Made by a program: the position numbers and the translations under genes | Source of the DNA: Myxococcota bacterium | Lineage (GTDB): Bacteria > Myxococcota_A > UBA9160 > PR03 | Reading direction: 5' to 3' | DNA length: 40,058 nucleotides | Assembly: GCA_041611735.1 (NCBI GenBank) | Contig: JBFIML010000042.1 | Coordinates: 1-40,058 of the forward strand | Shown here: positions 1 through 12,419 of the stretch, one piece after another | Layout of the letters: the number at the start of each line of letters is the position of its first letter | How positions within the stretch are numbered: the stretch's first letter is position 1 | Notes under the pieces: model-generated | What the model saw: only the letters and a program-made list of their open reading frames with translations | The model's database searches: none | What the model was told of the DNA's origin: nothing

Positions 1-130
1 CAAACCCTGGGATCGCGATGGAAAACGCAGGCCGGGTTCGGACAGAACGGCGGCGGACGCGACGGAGCCGGGCGCGGCATCCCCGCACCTCAAGCACATC
101 CCGTGCCAGACCCAGAAGTCGCACCACAAG

Positions 131-1078
131 CTAGAGTTTGGAAGCGACCCAGAGCGCGTACGCCAGCACGAAGCCCAGGGCCGCGCCGCGCCCCATCTGC
201 GCGCGCACCACCAGCACCGCGCCAAACAACGCCGTCAGCGCCAGCATCAGCCAGATGTCCACCTGACGGATCTCGTCGGGCACGCCGAGTGGGGCCACCA
301 GGGCCGTGGTCCCCGCGATCCCCAGCAGATTGAAGACGTTGCTGCCAATCACGTTGCCCAGGGCCAGCTCCGAGTGCTTGCGGTAGGCGGCCATCAGGGC
401 CGTGGCCAGCTCCGGCAGCGAGGTCCCGAAGGCGACGAGGGTGAGCCCGATGGCGGCCTCGGAGACCCCCGCGGCCCGGGCCAGGGCCGAAGCCCCCTCG
501 ACCAGCTGGTCCGCTCCGACGATCACCGCGACGAGGCCCGCCAGGGTGCCGACCAGGGCCCGGCCGAGGCGCGGCAGGTCGAGCTGGATCTGCTCGACCT
601 CGCGGCTCAGCAACTCGAGGGTCTCCGGCCCGCCGTTGCGGCGCTCCCGCTGATAGGCGTGGGCGGTCATCCCCAGCAGGAGCGCCACCATCGCGCCGCC
701 CGCCAGGGCGGAGATGCGCCCGCTGGCGGCGACGGCGGTGAACAGCGCGGTCACCGCCACCAGCACCCCCGCGTCGCGCCGCAGCCGGCGCGGCGTCCAG
801 GTGATCGGGAACACGAGCGCCGCGAGCCCGACGATCAACAGCACGTTGGCGATGTTGCTGCCCACCACGTTGCCGATCGCCAGGGAGTCGTGGCCGGTCA
901 GGCCGGCGTTCAGGCACACGGCGAACTCCGGCGCCGAGGTACCGAAGGCCACCACCGTCGCACCCACCAGGAGCGGCGAGACACCCCAGTGGTCCGCGAG
1001 CGAGACGGAGCCGCGGATCAGGATCTCGCCGCCACCGAAGAGCAGCAGCAGTCCGAGCGCGAGCTGCGCGTGCTCCAC
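131..1078 (-). CDS. Calcium/sodium (CaCA, YrbG-like) antiporter
   Basis: 315-aa hydrophobic ORF with two alpha-repeat motifs (VAFGTSAPE...[10 protein letters not shown] and VAFGTSLPE...[10 protein letters not shown]). Confidence 0.93.
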   Translation of the reverse strand: MEHAQLALGLLLLFGGGEILIRGSVSLADHWGVSPLLVGATVVAFGTSAPEFAVCLNAGLTGHDSLAIGNVVGSNIANVLLIVGLAALVFPITWTPRRLRRDAGVLVAVTALFTAVAASGRISALAGGAMVALLLGMTAHAYQRERRNGGPETLELLSREVEQIQLDLPRLGRALVGTLAGLVAVIVGADQLVEGASALARAAGVSEAAIGLTLVAFGTSLPELATALMAAYRKHSELALGNVIGSNVFNLLGIAGTTALVAPLGVPDEIRQVDIWLMLALTALFGAVLVVRAQMGRGAALGFVLAYALWVASKL

Positions 1079-1228
1079 CCCCCCTCCACCAGGCGCCCGG
1101 GCCTGCGCCGGCGCCCGGGCGATGCACGTCGAATGCTATCCTGCGACGCGTTGCTACGGAATCCCCCAGCGACCCGCCGTGGCGCGTTGATCCGCAGGAG
1201 GCGCGATGAAGCACCCGCAGGAGGCGGA

Positions 1229-2341
<1,113 letters not shown>

Positions 2342-2363
2342 GCCAGGCCGGGGAGGACCGATC

Positions 2364-2801
2364 TTGAAGAAGGATCTGCCGCACCGCTACCGCATGGCCG
2401 CCGAGACCGCCGCCGAGGGCGCCGTCACGCTCAGCGCCGCAGGCCTTGCGCCGCTCGAGAGCGCGGCCCCCGCCGAGTTCGGGGGTCCCGGCGACCGCTG
2501 GTCGCCGGAAACCTTGTTCGTGGCCGCGGTGGCCGACTGCTTCCTGCTCACCTTCCGTGCCATCGCCCGCAGCTCCGCCCTGCCGTGGACCCGGCTGCGC
2601 TGCGACGCCGAGGGCGTCCTCGAGCGCGCCGAGGGCGGGATCCGCTTCACGGCCGTCCACCTGCATGCTGCGCTCACGGTGCCGGGGGGCACGGACCCGG
2701 AGCGGGCGCGGCGGCTGCTGGAGAAGGCGGAGAAGGGCTGCCTGGTCTCGCGCTCCCTCGCCTGCCCGGTGCACCTCAAGGCGGAGGTGCGCGGCGGCTG
2801 A
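2364..2801 (+). CDS. OsmC/Ohr family protein
   Basis: TTG start after GGAGG. Contains PAEFGGPGDRWSPETLFVAAVADC and AEKGCLVSRSL (two conserved Cys). Confidence 0.88.
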   Translation: MKKDLPHRYRMAAETAAEGAVTLSAAGLAPLESAAPAEFGGPGDRWSPETLFVAAVADCFLLTFRAIARSSALPWTRLRCDAEGVLERAEGGIRFTAVHLHAALTVPGGTDPERARRLLEKAEKGCLVSRSLACPVHLKAEVRGG

Positions 2802-2819
2802 GAGCGCCGGGGCAGACCC

Positions 2820-3755
2820 CTACCGGAAGGCCGGCATCACCTTCTCGGCGAACAGCCGCGCCGGCTCGCGCACGTCGCGACCGAAGAACTCGATCATGAA
2901 GTGGCTGCACCCGAGGGCCCGGTGGCGCTCGATGCACTCGACGACGCGCCCGGGCGCGCCCCAGATGCCGTGCTCCTCGAGGCCGGCGCCCAGGTGCCCG
3001 CCGAAGATCTTCTGGGCCTTCTCGAGCGCCTGGCGCGCCGCCGCGTCGTCGCTGGCGATCACCACCGTGCACTGCTGGGAGACGGCGAGCGTCGCGAAGT
3101 CGCGGCCCACCTGGCTGCAGCGCCGCTCGAGCGCTTCCACCTTGTGCCCGAGCTGGCCCTGGCAGATGGCGGGGTTGTTCCAGAGGTCCGCGTGGCGTGC
3201 CGCGATCCCCATCAGGCGTCGCTCGCCGCCGCCGCCCACCAGGATCCGCGGGGGCCGGGCGGGCCTGGGGAGACCGATCGCGTCCTTCACGCGGAAGTGC
3301 TTCCCCTCGTAGCTGAAACGGTCCTCGCTCCAGAGCCCCTTCAGGATCTCGATCGTCTCCTCCAGGGCGCGCTGCCGCTCCGGAAGCGGCGGGAAGGCGC
3401 AGCCCGTCCCTTCGAACTCCGGCGTGAACCAGCCCGAGCCGAGCCCGACGATCACGCGGCCGGGCGCGATCTGGTCCAGCGTCGCCACCTGCTTGGCGAG
3501 CACGGCGGGGTTGCGGAAGAAGGGCGGCGTCACCAAGGTGCCGAGTTCGACGCGCTCCGTCAGCGCGCCCACGGCCGTGAGCTCGGTCCAGGCCTCCAGG
3601 ATCGGGAGGGCCGGGTTCGGGACGCCGTAGAGGTGGTCGCACACCCAGAGCGAGTCGAAGCCCAGGGATTCGAGCTCCAGCGCCGCCCTGCGGGCTTCGG
3701 CCCACGAGCGCTTGATCTGGGGAAGCGTGACGCCGAAGTGCAGCGGGCGATGCAT
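2820..3755 (-). CDS. LLM-class flavin/F420-dependent oxidoreductase
   Basis: C-terminal part of the long ORF, ATG at 3755. Motifs GFDSLWVCDH, FRNPAVLAKQVATLD, GLGSGW, ILVGGGGE. Confidence 0.9.
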   Translation of the reverse strand: MHRPLHFGVTLPQIKRSWAEARRAALELESLGFDSLWVCDHLYGVPNPALPILEAWTELTAVGALTERVELGTLVTPPFFRNPAVLAKQVATLDQIAPGRVIVGLGSGWFTPEFEGTGCAFPPLPERQRALEETIEILKGLWSEDRFSYEGKHFRVKDAIGLPRPARPPRILVGGGGERRLMGIAARHADLWNNPAICQGQLGHKVEALERRCSQVGRDFATLAVSQQCTVVIASDDAAARQALEKAQKIFGGHLGAGLEEHGIWGAPGRVVECIERHRALGCSHFMIEFFGRDVREPARLFAEKVMPAFR

Positions 3756-3871
3756 GGACTTGCAGCTCCTGGAGGCACGCAGCGAGGGTAGCATCGGCCG
3801 ATGCGCCCCCGGCTCGCCCCGGCTGCGCGGCGCCGGGGCGCTCCCGAGCGCGGTCGTGACGTCGGGGCGCG

Positions 3872-4810
3872 TCAGTCCCGCGGGATCACGTGCTCGAGTC
3901 CGTGGCGCGCGATGCGGTGGCGAAGCGTGCTGCGGGGCAGGCCGAGGCGCCGTGCGGCGCGGGCCACGTTCCCCCCCGTCTGGGCCAGCGTGCGCGCGAT
4001 GACCTCCGGATCGTCCGGGGCCGGGCGCGGCGTGGGGCGGGTCGGCAACGCCCCCGGACGCTGCGCCTCCTGGAGGGCGCGCGCGTCGAGCGGAGCGCCG
4101 CGCCGCCGCACCAGCAGTCGCTCCAGCAGGTTCATGAGCTCGCGCACGTTGCCTGGCCAGGGACGGCGGCGCAGGCCCTCCAGGAAGTCCGGCGCGACCC
4201 GCGGCGTCGCCACCCCGAGCCGGGGTGCGATGCGGGACAACCCGCTCGCCACCAGCTCGGGCAGGTCGTCCAGACGCTCGCGCAGCGGGGGCAGCCGCAG
4301 CTCCACCACGGCGAGCCGGTAGAAGAGGTCCGGGCGGAAGTCGCCCTCCCGCACCGCCGCGGCGAGGTCGCGCGACGTGGCGGCCAGCACGCGTGCCCGC
4401 ATGGACAGCGTGCACGTGCCGCCCACCCGCTCGTACTCCCGGTCCTCGAGCACGCGAAGCAGCTTGGCCTGCAGCGGGGGCCCGAGCTCCGCGACCTCGT
4501 CGAGGAACACGGTTCCCGCGCCGGCGCGCTCGAAACGGCCGGCGCGGCGCTCGCTCGCCCCGGTGTAGGCGCCACGCTCGTGGCCGAACAGCTCGCTCTC
4601 GATCACCGTGGCCGAGAGCGCGGCGCAGTCCACGTGCACGAAGGGCGCGTCCCGGCGCGGCGAGCGGCGGTGGATCGTCCGCGCCACGAGGCCCTTGCCG
4701 GTCCCGGTCTCGCCGGTCAGGAGGACGGTGGAGTCCGTGGCGGCCACGGCGGCGAGGCTCGCCCGCACCGCCCGCACGCTGGCGCTGCTTCCGCAGGGTT
4801 CCCGGGCCAT
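3872..4810 (-). CDS. Sigma-54-dependent enhancer-binding protein (AAA+ plus Fis HTH) with no N-terminal sensor domain
   Basis: Walker [24 protein letters not shown] loop, Walker [23 protein letters not shown]-terminal [21 protein letters not shown]. Confidence 0.92.
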   Translation of the reverse strand: MAREPCGSSASVRAVRASLAAVAATDSTVLLTGETGTGKGLVARTIHRRSPRRDAPFVHVDCAALSATVIESELFGHERGAYTGASERRAGRFERAGAGTVFLDEVAELGPPLQAKLLRVLEDREYERVGGTCTLSMRARVLAATSRDLAAAVREGDFRPDLFYRLAVVELRLPPLRERLDDLPELVASGLSRIAPRLGVATPRVAPDFLEGLRRRPWPGNVRELMNLLERLLVRRRGAPLDARALQEAQRPGALPTRPTPRPAPDDPEVIARTLAQTGGNVARAARRLGLPRSTLRHRIARHGLEHVIPRD

Positions 4811-5004
4811 GGGCGCTCCTCCGTCGGGACCTCGGAAGTAGCGCGACCCGCCGGAGCGGGGTACGCCGGAAGCCGTTCGGGAGTGACGGGACCGCGTCGA
4901 CGCGGCGCGGCCTGCGACGGGCCGCGCCGGGGCGCGTCCGGGGCGGGTCGCCGGAGTCCGAACGCGACCGCATTCGTCACGGCGTTGGTGTAGAACATGC
5001 CGCC

Positions 5005-8000
5005 ATGGAGACTGGCCCCGCGCTGGTCCTGGCCCGTGGCGCCCGGCAGGCCGAGGAGCGGCTGCTGGCCGAGCTGACCGCCGCGCTCGCCGCGGGGCGC
5101 GGCGAGCGGGTCCTGCTCGCCCGCCCGTTGCGGGTCGTCGTCCCCTCGCGACGCCTGCGCGAGCACCTCTGCGCGGCGCTCGTCCGGCGCGCGGGCCGCT
5201 CCCTGGTGGGGATCGAGGTGCTCACCCATCTCACCCTGGCCTTGCGCGTGCTGGAGCGGGCCGGCGAGGCGCCGCCCCGGGGCGAGGACTTCTTCGCCCT
5301 GGCGGTGCGCCGCTTCGCGCGGCAGGAGGCAGTCCTCGGCGAGCGCCTGGACCGCCTGGAGGACGGCTACGGCGTGGTGGAGGCGACGGTGCGCGATCTC
5401 CTGGATGCCGGGCTCGACCCCGCCGTGCACGGGGAGGCCCTGGACGAGTTCCTCTCCCAGACGGCCGCCGACCCGGCCGGGGCCCGGGCGCGGGCCGTGC
5501 TGCGGGTGGTATCGCGCACGGCTTCGGAGCTGGCGCGGCTTGGCTTCGGCGAGCCTTCGACGCTGCTGCGACGGGCCAGCCACTGTCTGGCTCGTCACGG
5601 CCCGGCGCTGAGCCCGACGCGTGCCCTCTGGATCCACGGCTTTACGGACGCCACGGGGGTGGTGGCCGACTGGCTCGAGCTGCTCCAGCGCAGTCTCGGG
5701 GCCCGCACGATCCTGAGCCAACCGCCGCTTCCCGGCGAGCCCGTTCCCGAGGAGGAGTTCGGCGCCCGTCTGCGCGAGCGGCTGGCCGCCGCCGCCCGGG
5801 AGGAGCGCATGGAGGAGCCTGCGCCGGTCCCCGTCCTCCAGGTGCTGCGGGCGCCCGGAGCCACCGCCGAGCTGCGCGCCGTGGCCGCCCGCATCCGCGC
5901 GCTCCTCGACGCCGGCGCGCGGCCCGAGGGCATCGCCATCGTGGCCCGCAACCTGGAGCCCTACCGCGCGGTGCTGCGCGGCCAGCTCGAGCAGCAGGCG
6001 GTGCCCTTCTCGGCGCCGTCGCTGCGGGCGCCCGGGGGCCCGGCCGCACGCCGCGCCGGTGCGTTGCTGGAGCTGCTGGCCCGCGGCGAGCGCGTCCCCG
6101 TGGACCGCTGGCTCGACGCCCACGCCCGGGACCCGGGCGCCGACCTGCGCACCGCGTTCCACGCCATCGGCGCGGGCCGGCTCGAGGACCTGGCGCGCCT
6201 CGACGTGGCGGCCCGGCTCGGCGACGCCTGCGCCCTTCCGCTTCCCGTGCGGTGGGGTCTCGAGCCCGAGCAGGAGGACGCGGAGACCGAGCCCGGCGAC
6301 CGCCGCCCCCGGCGGATCACGCGGCGCAGGGTCCCGCGCCCGGCGCTCGAGCACTGGTGCGCCCGGGCCGCGGGCACGGCCCGGCGCCTGCGGCGGGCGG
6401 CCCGCCGTGCCTCGGTGGAAGTCCACGGCCAGGGTCTGCTGCGTCTGCTGCGCTCGCTCGGATGGCGCCCGGGAGACGAGGCGTTGCAGCCGGTCTCCGC
6501 TGCCATCGGGCAGCTCGTCGCGAGCCTGTCCGGTGCCCCGGAGCTCGATTTCGACGAATGGGTGCTGCTGCTGCGCCGCCGCCTGCCGTCCGCAGTCGGG
6601 ATCGCCGTGGGCGGAGCGGGGGGAGGCGTCCAGGTGCTCTCGGTCATGGAGGCCCGGGCTCTCAGCTTCGATCACCTGTTCGTGATCGGACTGAATCGCG
6701 ACGTCTTCCCGAGGCCCATCACCGAGGATGCCCTGATCCCGGATGCCCTGCGCGTGCGCCTGCGAAGCCTGCTTCCGGACCTGCCGGTGAAGGGCGAGGG
6801 CCACGCCGAGGAGCGCCACCACTTCGCCGAGCTCCTGGCAGCCAGCCCCCGCGTGACGCTCTCCTGGCAGGCGCTCGGCGACGACGGGCGCGAGCGGGTG
6901 GAGTCGCCGCTGCTGGTGCGCCTGCGTCTGGCGCGCGGCGATATTCCCGAAGTACGCGTGGCGGGACCGACCGGGTGGCCCGCTCCCGGAGAAGAATGGC
7001 CCGCGACGCCGCGCCCGCTTCACGAGCACGTCCGCCTGGCGGGGCTCCACGGCAGCCGCCGGCACTTCGGTCGCGTGCTGCGCGTTGCCCTGGCGGAGTC
7101 CCAGGCCGAGCTCGACGACGGCGCGGACCCCGGCGCCCTGGCCGCGGCGCGCCTGGCGGTGCTCGACGAGCTCGACCCCGACCTGCGCACACCCCGGGGC
7201 CGAAGCCTGGCGGCCTCCCTGGGGCCGTACTGCGGCTTCGTGGGAGCAAGCCGGGTTCCCGAGCGCGCCGAGGCTCCGGAGCTCCCCGTGACCCACCTCC
7301 AGAGGCTCGCCGGCTGTCCCTGGCAGGCCTTCCTGGCCCGGGATCTCGGCCTCGAGCCGGCTCCGGACGCCCTCGACGCCTTGCCGAGCGTCGATCCGGC
7401 ACGTCTGGGACGGGTGGTGCACGGGGCCCTCCAGGCGCTCGTCGACGAGCGGCTCGGGCCGTCGCCGCCGCGCGAGCTGGCCGCTGCCCTGGCCCGCGAG
7501 GCCATGCCGGTCCCGTGGCCGGACCCCGCTGCGCTCGAGCGGATCCTCCTGGACGCCGCCTGGCGGGTGGTGCGCGAGGACGGGATCGCCCTGGAGGGGC
7601 TCGTGCGTCTGCTCGCTCATGGCGCCCGTCCCTTCCTGGAGGCGGCCCGCCGCCGCGACTGGCAGCCAGCGGGCGGGGTCCTGCCGGTGCTCGGTACGGA
7701 GCTGGACGGCGCCTTCGACGTGCGCGACGCGGCCGGCAGGCAGCGGCGCGTGGGCTTCCGGGTGGACCGGGTGGATCGGTGCGGCGGGCGGGTGCGCCTG
7801 AGCGACTACAAGACCAGCCGCCCGTTCTCCTCGGCCGCAAGCCCCGATACGCGGGCTCGGCACTTCGCGGGGGCGGTGCGGGAGGGGCGGGCGCTCCAGG
7901 CCCCCGCCTACGTGGAGGGCGCGCTGCCTTTGGCCGGGGGTCTCGAGGTCGAGGGTCGCTACGTCTTCCTGCGCCCGGAGGCGACGGACACGACCTGGGA

Positions 8001-8304
8001 GCAGCGCGTCGAGATGGCGGACGAGCCGCTGCGCGCGCAGCTGCGCCAGGTCTCCCGCACGGTGCTCGCCGCCCGCGATGCGGGGGCGCTCTTTCCGCGT
8101 CTGGTCGAAGCCAGGCGCGACGCGGAGCCCCGGCGCTGCGGGTACTGCACGCTGCGGGCTGCCTGCCTGCGAGGAGAGAGCGCCCACCGCCGCCGCTTGC
8201 GCGCCTGGGCCCGCTCCGGACCGGACGCGGCCGAGGAGGGCGGGTCGCTGGGCGCCTTTCGAGCGCTCTGGTGGCTCGGTGCCGACGCCGGGGGGGACGC
8301 GTGA
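5005..8304 (+). CDS. addB: AddB-like subunit: inactive helicase domain plus PD-(D/E)XK nuclease with Fe-S cysteines
   Basis: ATG at 5005. Degenerate helicase motifs ([21 protein letters not shown]), nuclease RVDRVD...DYKT, Cys set GCPW...CGYC...C. Stop overlaps the next gene's start (GTGA). Confidence 0.82.
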   Translation: METGPALVLARGARQAEERLLAELTAALAAGRGERVLLARPLRVVVPSRRLREHLCAALVRRAGRSLVGIEVLTHLTLALRVLERAGEAPPRGEDFFALAVRRFARQEAVLGERLDRLEDGYGVVEATVRDLLDAGLDPAVHGEALDEFLSQTAADPAGARARAVLRVVSRTASELARLGFGEPSTLLRRASHCLARHGPALSPTRALWIHGFTDATGVVADWLELLQRSLGARTILSQPPLPGEPVPEEEFGARLRERLAAAAREERMEEPAPVPVLQVLRAPGATAELRAVAARIRALLDAGARPEGIAIVARNLEPYRAVLRGQLEQQAVPFSAPSLRAPGGPAARRAGALLELLARGERVPVDRWLDAHARDPGADLRTAFHAIGAGRLEDLARLDVAARLGDACALPLPVRWGLEPEQEDAETEPGDRRPRRITRRRVPRPALEHWCARAAGTARRLRRAARRASVEVHGQGLLRLLRSLGWRPGDEALQPVSAAIGQLVASLSGAPELDFDEWVLLLRRRLPSAVGIAVGGAGGGVQVLSVMEARALSFDHLFVIGLNRDVFPRPITEDALIPDALRVRLRSLLPDLPVKGEGHAEERHHFAELLAASPRVTLSWQALGDDGRERVESPLLVRLRLARGDIPEVRVAGPTGWPAPGEEWPATPRPLHEHVRLAGLHGSRRHFGRVLRVALAESQAELDDGADPGALAAARLAVLDELDPDLRTPRGRSLAASLGPYCGFVGASRVPERAEAPELPVTHLQRLAGCPWQAFLARDLGLEPAPDALDALPSVDPARLGRVVHGALQALVDERLGPSPPRELAAALAREAMPVPWPDPAALERILLDAAWRVVREDGIALEGLVRLLAHGARPFLEAARRRDWQPAGGVLPVLGTELDGAFDVRDAAGRQRRVGFRVDRVDRCGGRVRLSDYKTSRPFSSAASPDTRARHFAGAVREGRALQAPAYVEGALPLAGGLEVEGRYVFLRPEATDTTWEQRVEMADEPLRAQLRQVSRTVLAARDAGALFPRLVEARRDAEPRRCGYCTLRAACLRGESAHRRRLRAWARSGPDAAEEGGSLGAFRALWWLGADAGGDA

Positions 8305-11300
8305 GCCCGTCCGGGGCGGATGCCCGGGACCGGGACCGCGCGGCCGACGCCCGGGCGCGGCAGGAGGCCCAGACCCACTTCGAGCGTCCGCTCGTGCTCG
8401 AGGCCGGAGCGGGGACGGGGAAGACCACGGTGCTGGTGGCGCGCGTGGTGGCCTGGTGCGTCGGACCGGGCTGGGAGCAGGCCGTGCGGGAGACGGCAGC
8501 GAAGACGCCGCCCCACGCGCGCAGCCTCGCCGGGCGCGTGCTGTCCGGCGTGGTGGCCATCACCTTCACCGAGGCAGCGGCCGCGGAGATGGAGAGTCGT
8601 GTCGGCCAGGCGCTGCGTGGCCTGGCGCGGGGCGAGCTTCCCCTCGGTGTGGCGGCGCATGCGCTTCCCGCCCTCGCGGAGGCCAGCCGACGGGCGGCCG
8701 CCCTGCTGGCCAGTCTGGACCGCCTGGTGATGCGCACGATCCACGGCTTCTGCAGCCGCCTGCTGGCGGCCCACGCCCTTGAGGCGGGGATCCATCCGCG
8801 CTTCCGCGTGGACGGGCGCGGTCTCGAGCGGGCCGGGGCCGTGCGCGAGGCCGTGGAGGAGCGCCTGCGAACCGCTCTGGAGGAGGGCCTCGATGCGGAC
8901 CTGCTCGTGCTGGCGGAGCACGGCAAGGGCCCCGCCGAGCTGGCCGAGGCCGTCGAGGCCCTGCTCGAGAAGGGGGTCTCGGCCTTGGACCTGGCCGCCG
9001 ACCCGCTGGATTCCGGCGCGCTGGAGGCCCTGGCCGGGCGCCTGCGCCAGGCCCTGGATGCCCTGGCGGACGCGGGGCTGGCCCGATTGGCCGACGGCAG
9101 TCGCGTCTCCCGGGAGGCGACCGGCTGGCTGGAGAGCCTGCGCGAGCGCCTGCACGCGCGTCCGCCCGGGGACGTGGCGCAGTGGGCGGAGCTCGCCCAG
9201 GAGGTTCGCGAGGAGTGGCCGCGTCCGCGCAAGCGCGTGGAGGCGTGGAGCCGCAGCGACCTCGGTGAAAGAGATCGGAGCTGTCTCGCGGACTCCGCCC
9301 CGGCTCTCGCCAGGGCGGCGGCCGCCGCGGTTCCGCTCCTCGACCATCTCGGCCGCTTCGATCCCAGGCTTCTCGGCGCCGCGCTCCGGGTGCTCCACGG
9401 GCTGCTCGATCGGGCCGAGGCGGCCCTGCGGGCGCGCGGGGCCGAGAGCTATGCCCAGCTCCTCCGCGATGCGCGCGACCTGCTGGCCGACCCGGTCGTG
9501 CGGGCGCGCGTGCGCAGGGGGATCGACCAGCTGCTGGTGGACGAGTTCCAGGACACGGATCGCCTGCAGTGCGAGATCGTCGCGGCCCTGTCCCTGGATG
9601 CGTCCCCCGCGGGCCGGCCCGGGCTGTTCCTGGTCGGTGACCCGAAGCAGTCCATCTACGGCTGGCGCGACGCCGACCTGCGCGCCTACGAGGACTTCGT
9701 GGAGCGGGTGTGCGCGGCGGGTGGCGAGCGCCACCGCCTGTGCGTGAACTACCGCTCGGACCCGGCCATCCTGGCGGAGGTGTGCCGGGCCCTCGAGCCG
9801 GTGATGACCGCCGAGCACGGCGTGCAGCCCGCCTTCGAGCCCCTCCACCCGGGCGTTGCGACGACGCCGGGCGCAGCGGAGCCCTTCGCAGCCGTGGAGT
9901 ACTGGATCACCTGCGAACGCGACGCCCGGACTGGCGCCTTCAAACGTCCGCTGGCCCATCGCGCGGCGGAGATCGAGGCGCAGGCCCTGGCCGCCGATCT
10001 GGTGCGACTCCAGGGGTTCGGCGTGGCCTGGGCCGAGGTCGGCATCCTGCTGCGCGCCACCACCGACCTGGACGTCTACGTGGACGCCCTGCGCGAGGCA
10101 GGGGTTCCCTACGTGGTGGACCGGGACCGATCCTACGCCCGCCGGCGCGAGGTGCTGGACGCCGCCGCCCTGGTACGTGCGGTGCTGGACCCGAACGATC
10201 AGCTCGCCCTGGTGGCCACGCTGCGCTCCGCCTGGGTCGGGGTGCCGGATGCAGCCTGGCGTCGGCTCTGGGAGCGCGCCTTCCCGGCTCGGGTCCGGGA
10301 CGCCCTGGGAGGCAGCGCGCAGGCCCTGGCCCGGGCCACGGCGGTGGGCGCCGAGGTGGCCCGCCTCCTCCCGGAGGACGCGGTGCCCGGACTCGCCCGC
10401 ATCCCGGGCTGGGAGCACAACCTGGCCCACGCGTTGCGCGTGCTGGCCGTCCTGCGCCACTCCTTCCTGACCGACGCGCCGGATCGCTTCGTGGAGCGGC
10501 TGCGAACGCTCTCCCTGCTCGAGGCGGTGGAGGCGGCGCGCTTCCCGGGTCCCTATCGGGTGGCCAACCTGGAGCGCTTCTTCCGGGAGCTGCGCGCAGC
10601 GCTCGAGGAGCGCAACGGCGACTGGAGTGCCGTCGTGCGCACGCTGCGCGAAGGCGCCTCCGACGAGGGCGACGTGGACGAAGGCCGCCCCCGCGAGGCG
10701 AGCGGGGACGCGGTGCAGATCCTGACCATCCACCAGGCCAAGGGCCTGGACTTCGGCCACGTCTACCTGCTCCAGACCCACAAGGGCAGCGGCGGAGGGG
10801 TCGGGCCGTCCATCCGCGCGGAGACGCTCGACGGACAGCTCGACGTGCAGCTCTTCGGGGCGCCGTCGCCGGGCTTCGACCGGGTGGCGGCCCACCGCGA
10901 GCGCGTGGAGCAGGCGGAGCGGGTGCGCACCCTCTACGTCGCACTGACGCGCGCCAGGCGGCGCCTCGTGGTGGCGGGTTCGCGGTCGGCGGAGGCCGGT
11001 ACCCACGCGGAGATCCTGGCTCGCAGCCGGGGTCCGGCGGCGGCGCGGGCGGAGCAGCGGCTGCACGAGAGTCCGGCGTGGGTCGATGACGACGGCGTGC
11101 GCTGGGTGGCCCTGGTCGCCCCGGCGCAGGCGCCGCCCGCCGCCCGGCGTGCGCCCGGCGTGAGGCTGCCCCCGCTGGCGCGCGTGGAGGAGGACGCGCA
11201 TCGGCTCCGCTTGCTGCGCGGCGAGGCGCTGGCGCGTCGGGCACGCCCGCGCGGCGGAGCGGCCTCCGGCAAGGCCCATGAGCAGCTGCGGGAGCTGCTG

Positions 11301-11879
11301 GCCGCAGCTTCGGAGGGGCCGGAGCTCGGGGGTTGGGGAGACGGAGCCCTGGTGGCCACGGCGGTGGGCTCCGCGGTCCACGCGCTCCTCGAGCGCTTCG
11401 ACTGGTGCGCGGAAGAGAACGCCGAGCTGGCGCGCCAGCGGGAGCGATTCTCGGCGGACCTCGAACGCCGGGTGCCGCCCGCGCTGCTGCCCGACAGCCT
11501 GGCGCGGGGCGCCCGCCTGCTCGACGTCCTGGTGGAGGGGCCTCTCTGGCCACGGCTCCGGGCGATCGCCCCCCATGTGGTGGCGCGCGAGCTGCCGGTC
11601 TTGCTCCCGACGGAGGGCGCGGCGGAGGAGCCCCTCGAATACCTCTCCGGTGCCATCGACCTGGTCTACCGCGACGGCGAGCACGGCCACTTCGTGGTGG
11701 CCGACTTCAAGTCGGACGCCGTCAGCACGGAGCGGGAGATCGCGGCGCGGGTGCGTGCCTACGCGCCCCAGGCCATGAACTACGTCCGTGCGCTTCGGGA
11801 GGCTCTGTCCCTGGATGCACCGCCCCGCTTCGAGTTCTGGTTCCTCGAAGCGGGGCGGATCCAGCCGATGGCCGGCTAG
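8301..11879 (+). CDS. addA: AddA-like UvrD helicase with RecB-type nuclease
   Basis: GTG at 8301. Motifs EAGAGTGKT, ITFTEAAA, TIHGFC, VDEFQDT, VGDPKQSIYGWR, TIHQAKGLDF, YVALTRA, and nuclease GAIDLVY...DFKS. Confidence 0.9.
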   Translation: MSPSGADARDRDRAADARARQEAQTHFERPLVLEAGAGTGKTTVLVARVVAWCVGPGWEQAVRETAAKTPPHARSLAGRVLSGVVAITFTEAAAAEMESRVGQALRGLARGELPLGVAAHALPALAEASRRAAALLASLDRLVMRTIHGFCSRLLAAHALEAGIHPRFRVDGRGLERAGAVREAVEERLRTALEEGLDADLLVLAEHGKGPAELAEAVEALLEKGVSALDLAADPLDSGALEALAGRLRQALDALADAGLARLADGSRVSREATGWLESLRERLHARPPGDVAQWAELAQEVREEWPRPRKRVEAWSRSDLGERDRSCLADSAPALARAAAAAVPLLDHLGRFDPRLLGAALRVLHGLLDRAEAALRARGAESYAQLLRDARDLLADPVVRARVRRGIDQLLVDEFQDTDRLQCEIVAALSLDASPAGRPGLFLVGDPKQSIYGWRDADLRAYEDFVERVCAAGGERHRLCVNYRSDPAILAEVCRALEPVMTAEHGVQPAFEPLHPGVATTPGAAEPFAAVEYWITCERDARTGAFKRPLAHRAAEIEAQALAADLVRLQGFGVAWAEVGILLRATTDLDVYVDALREAGVPYVVDRDRSYARRREVLDAAALVRAVLDPNDQLALVATLRSAWVGVPDAAWRRLWERAFPARVRDALGGSAQALARATAVGAEVARLLPEDAVPGLARIPGWEHNLAHALRVLAVLRHSFLTDAPDRFVERLRTLSLLEAVEAARFPGPYRVANLERFFRELRAALEERNGDWSAVVRTLREGASDEGDVDEGRPREASGDAVQILTIHQAKGLDFGHVYLLQTHKGSGGGVGPSIRAETLDGQLDVQLFGAPSPGFDRVAAHRERVEQAERVRTLYVALTRARRRLVVAGSRSAEAGTHAEILARSRGPAAARAEQRLHESPAWVDDDGVRWVALVAPAQAPPAARRAPGVRLPPLARVEEDAHRLRLLRGEALARRARPRGGAASGKAHEQLRELLAAASEGPELGGWGDGALVATAVGSAVHALLERFDWCAEENAELARQRERFSADLERRVPPALLPDSLARGARLLDVLVEGPLWPRLRAIAPHVVARELPVLLPTEGAAEEPLEYLSGAIDLVYRDGEHGHFVVADFKSDAVSTEREIAARVRAYAPQAMNYVRALREALSLDAPPRFEFWFLEAGRIQPMAG

Positions 11880-11924
11880 AGGCGGCGCGTCCCGTTCGGG
11901 AGCGCGCCGCCGGGCTTGCCCGAC

Positions 11925-12230
11925 CTAGAAGCCGAAGCCGCTGCCGGCGATCAGGCTCGGCGGCAGCATGGGGAGCACCTGCGGCGGTCCGGTGCCGGGA
12001 AAGGCGAACAGGAAGTGCCCGTCGGCCCTTGCTCCGACCCGGTACAGGGTCGGCTGCGCCTTCTCGCCCGACCGGGCTTGCACGGCCTCCGTTTCCGGAG
12101 CGGCGGGCTTCTGCACATGCTCGGCGACCGGCGCCTGGCTCTCCTCCGGCGCTGCGCTCGCCGCGTAGACCGGTGCGGAGAGGATCAGGGCAACGCCCAC
12201 CACGGTTGCGGTTGCGATGGCTCTGAACAT
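11925..12230 (-). CDS. Small, probably secreted hypothetical protein (101 aa)
   Basis: ATG at 12230 preceded by AAGGAGG. Signal-peptide-like N-terminus (MFRAIATATVVGVALILSAPVYA). A sigma-54 promoter lies just upstream. Confidence 0.65.
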   Translation of the reverse strand: MFRAIATATVVGVALILSAPVYAASAAPEESQAPVAEHVQKPAAPETEAVQARSGEKAQPTLYRVGARADGHFLFAFPGTGPPQVLPMLPPSLIAGSGFGF

Positions 12231-12262
12231 CGAGATCCCTCCTTGCAGACACCCTCCCATAC

Positions 12263-12278
12263 AGCAAGGAGCGTGCCG
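12263..12278 (-). promoter_or_regulatory. Sigma-54 (-24/-12) promoter
   Basis: Minus strand reads CGGCACGCTCCTTGCT, matching YGGCACG-N4-TTGCW, about 32 nt upstream of the 12230 start. Confidence 0.8.
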
Positions 12279-12349
12279 ACCCGGGGGGCGCCCTCATCGG
12301 GCTCAAACGCCCTCTCGAGCCGTCCCGAGGTCCATCCGGCTGGCATGGG

Positions 12350-12403
12350 GTGCATTTTAATGATGCACATGCAACATCGAGATGCGAATCCGAATATTTC
12401 GGA
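12350..12403. promoter_or_regulatory. Candidate upstream activator (enhancer) sites
   Basis: Perfect inverted repeats GTGCAT-N7-ATGCAC (12350-12368; NtrC-like TGCA-N9-TGCA geometry) and TCCGAA-N3-TTCGGA (12389-12403), in an AT-rich stretch 70-125 nt upstream of the sigma-54 promoter. Confidence 0.55.
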
Positions 12404-12419
12404 GGCACCCTGGAATCCC

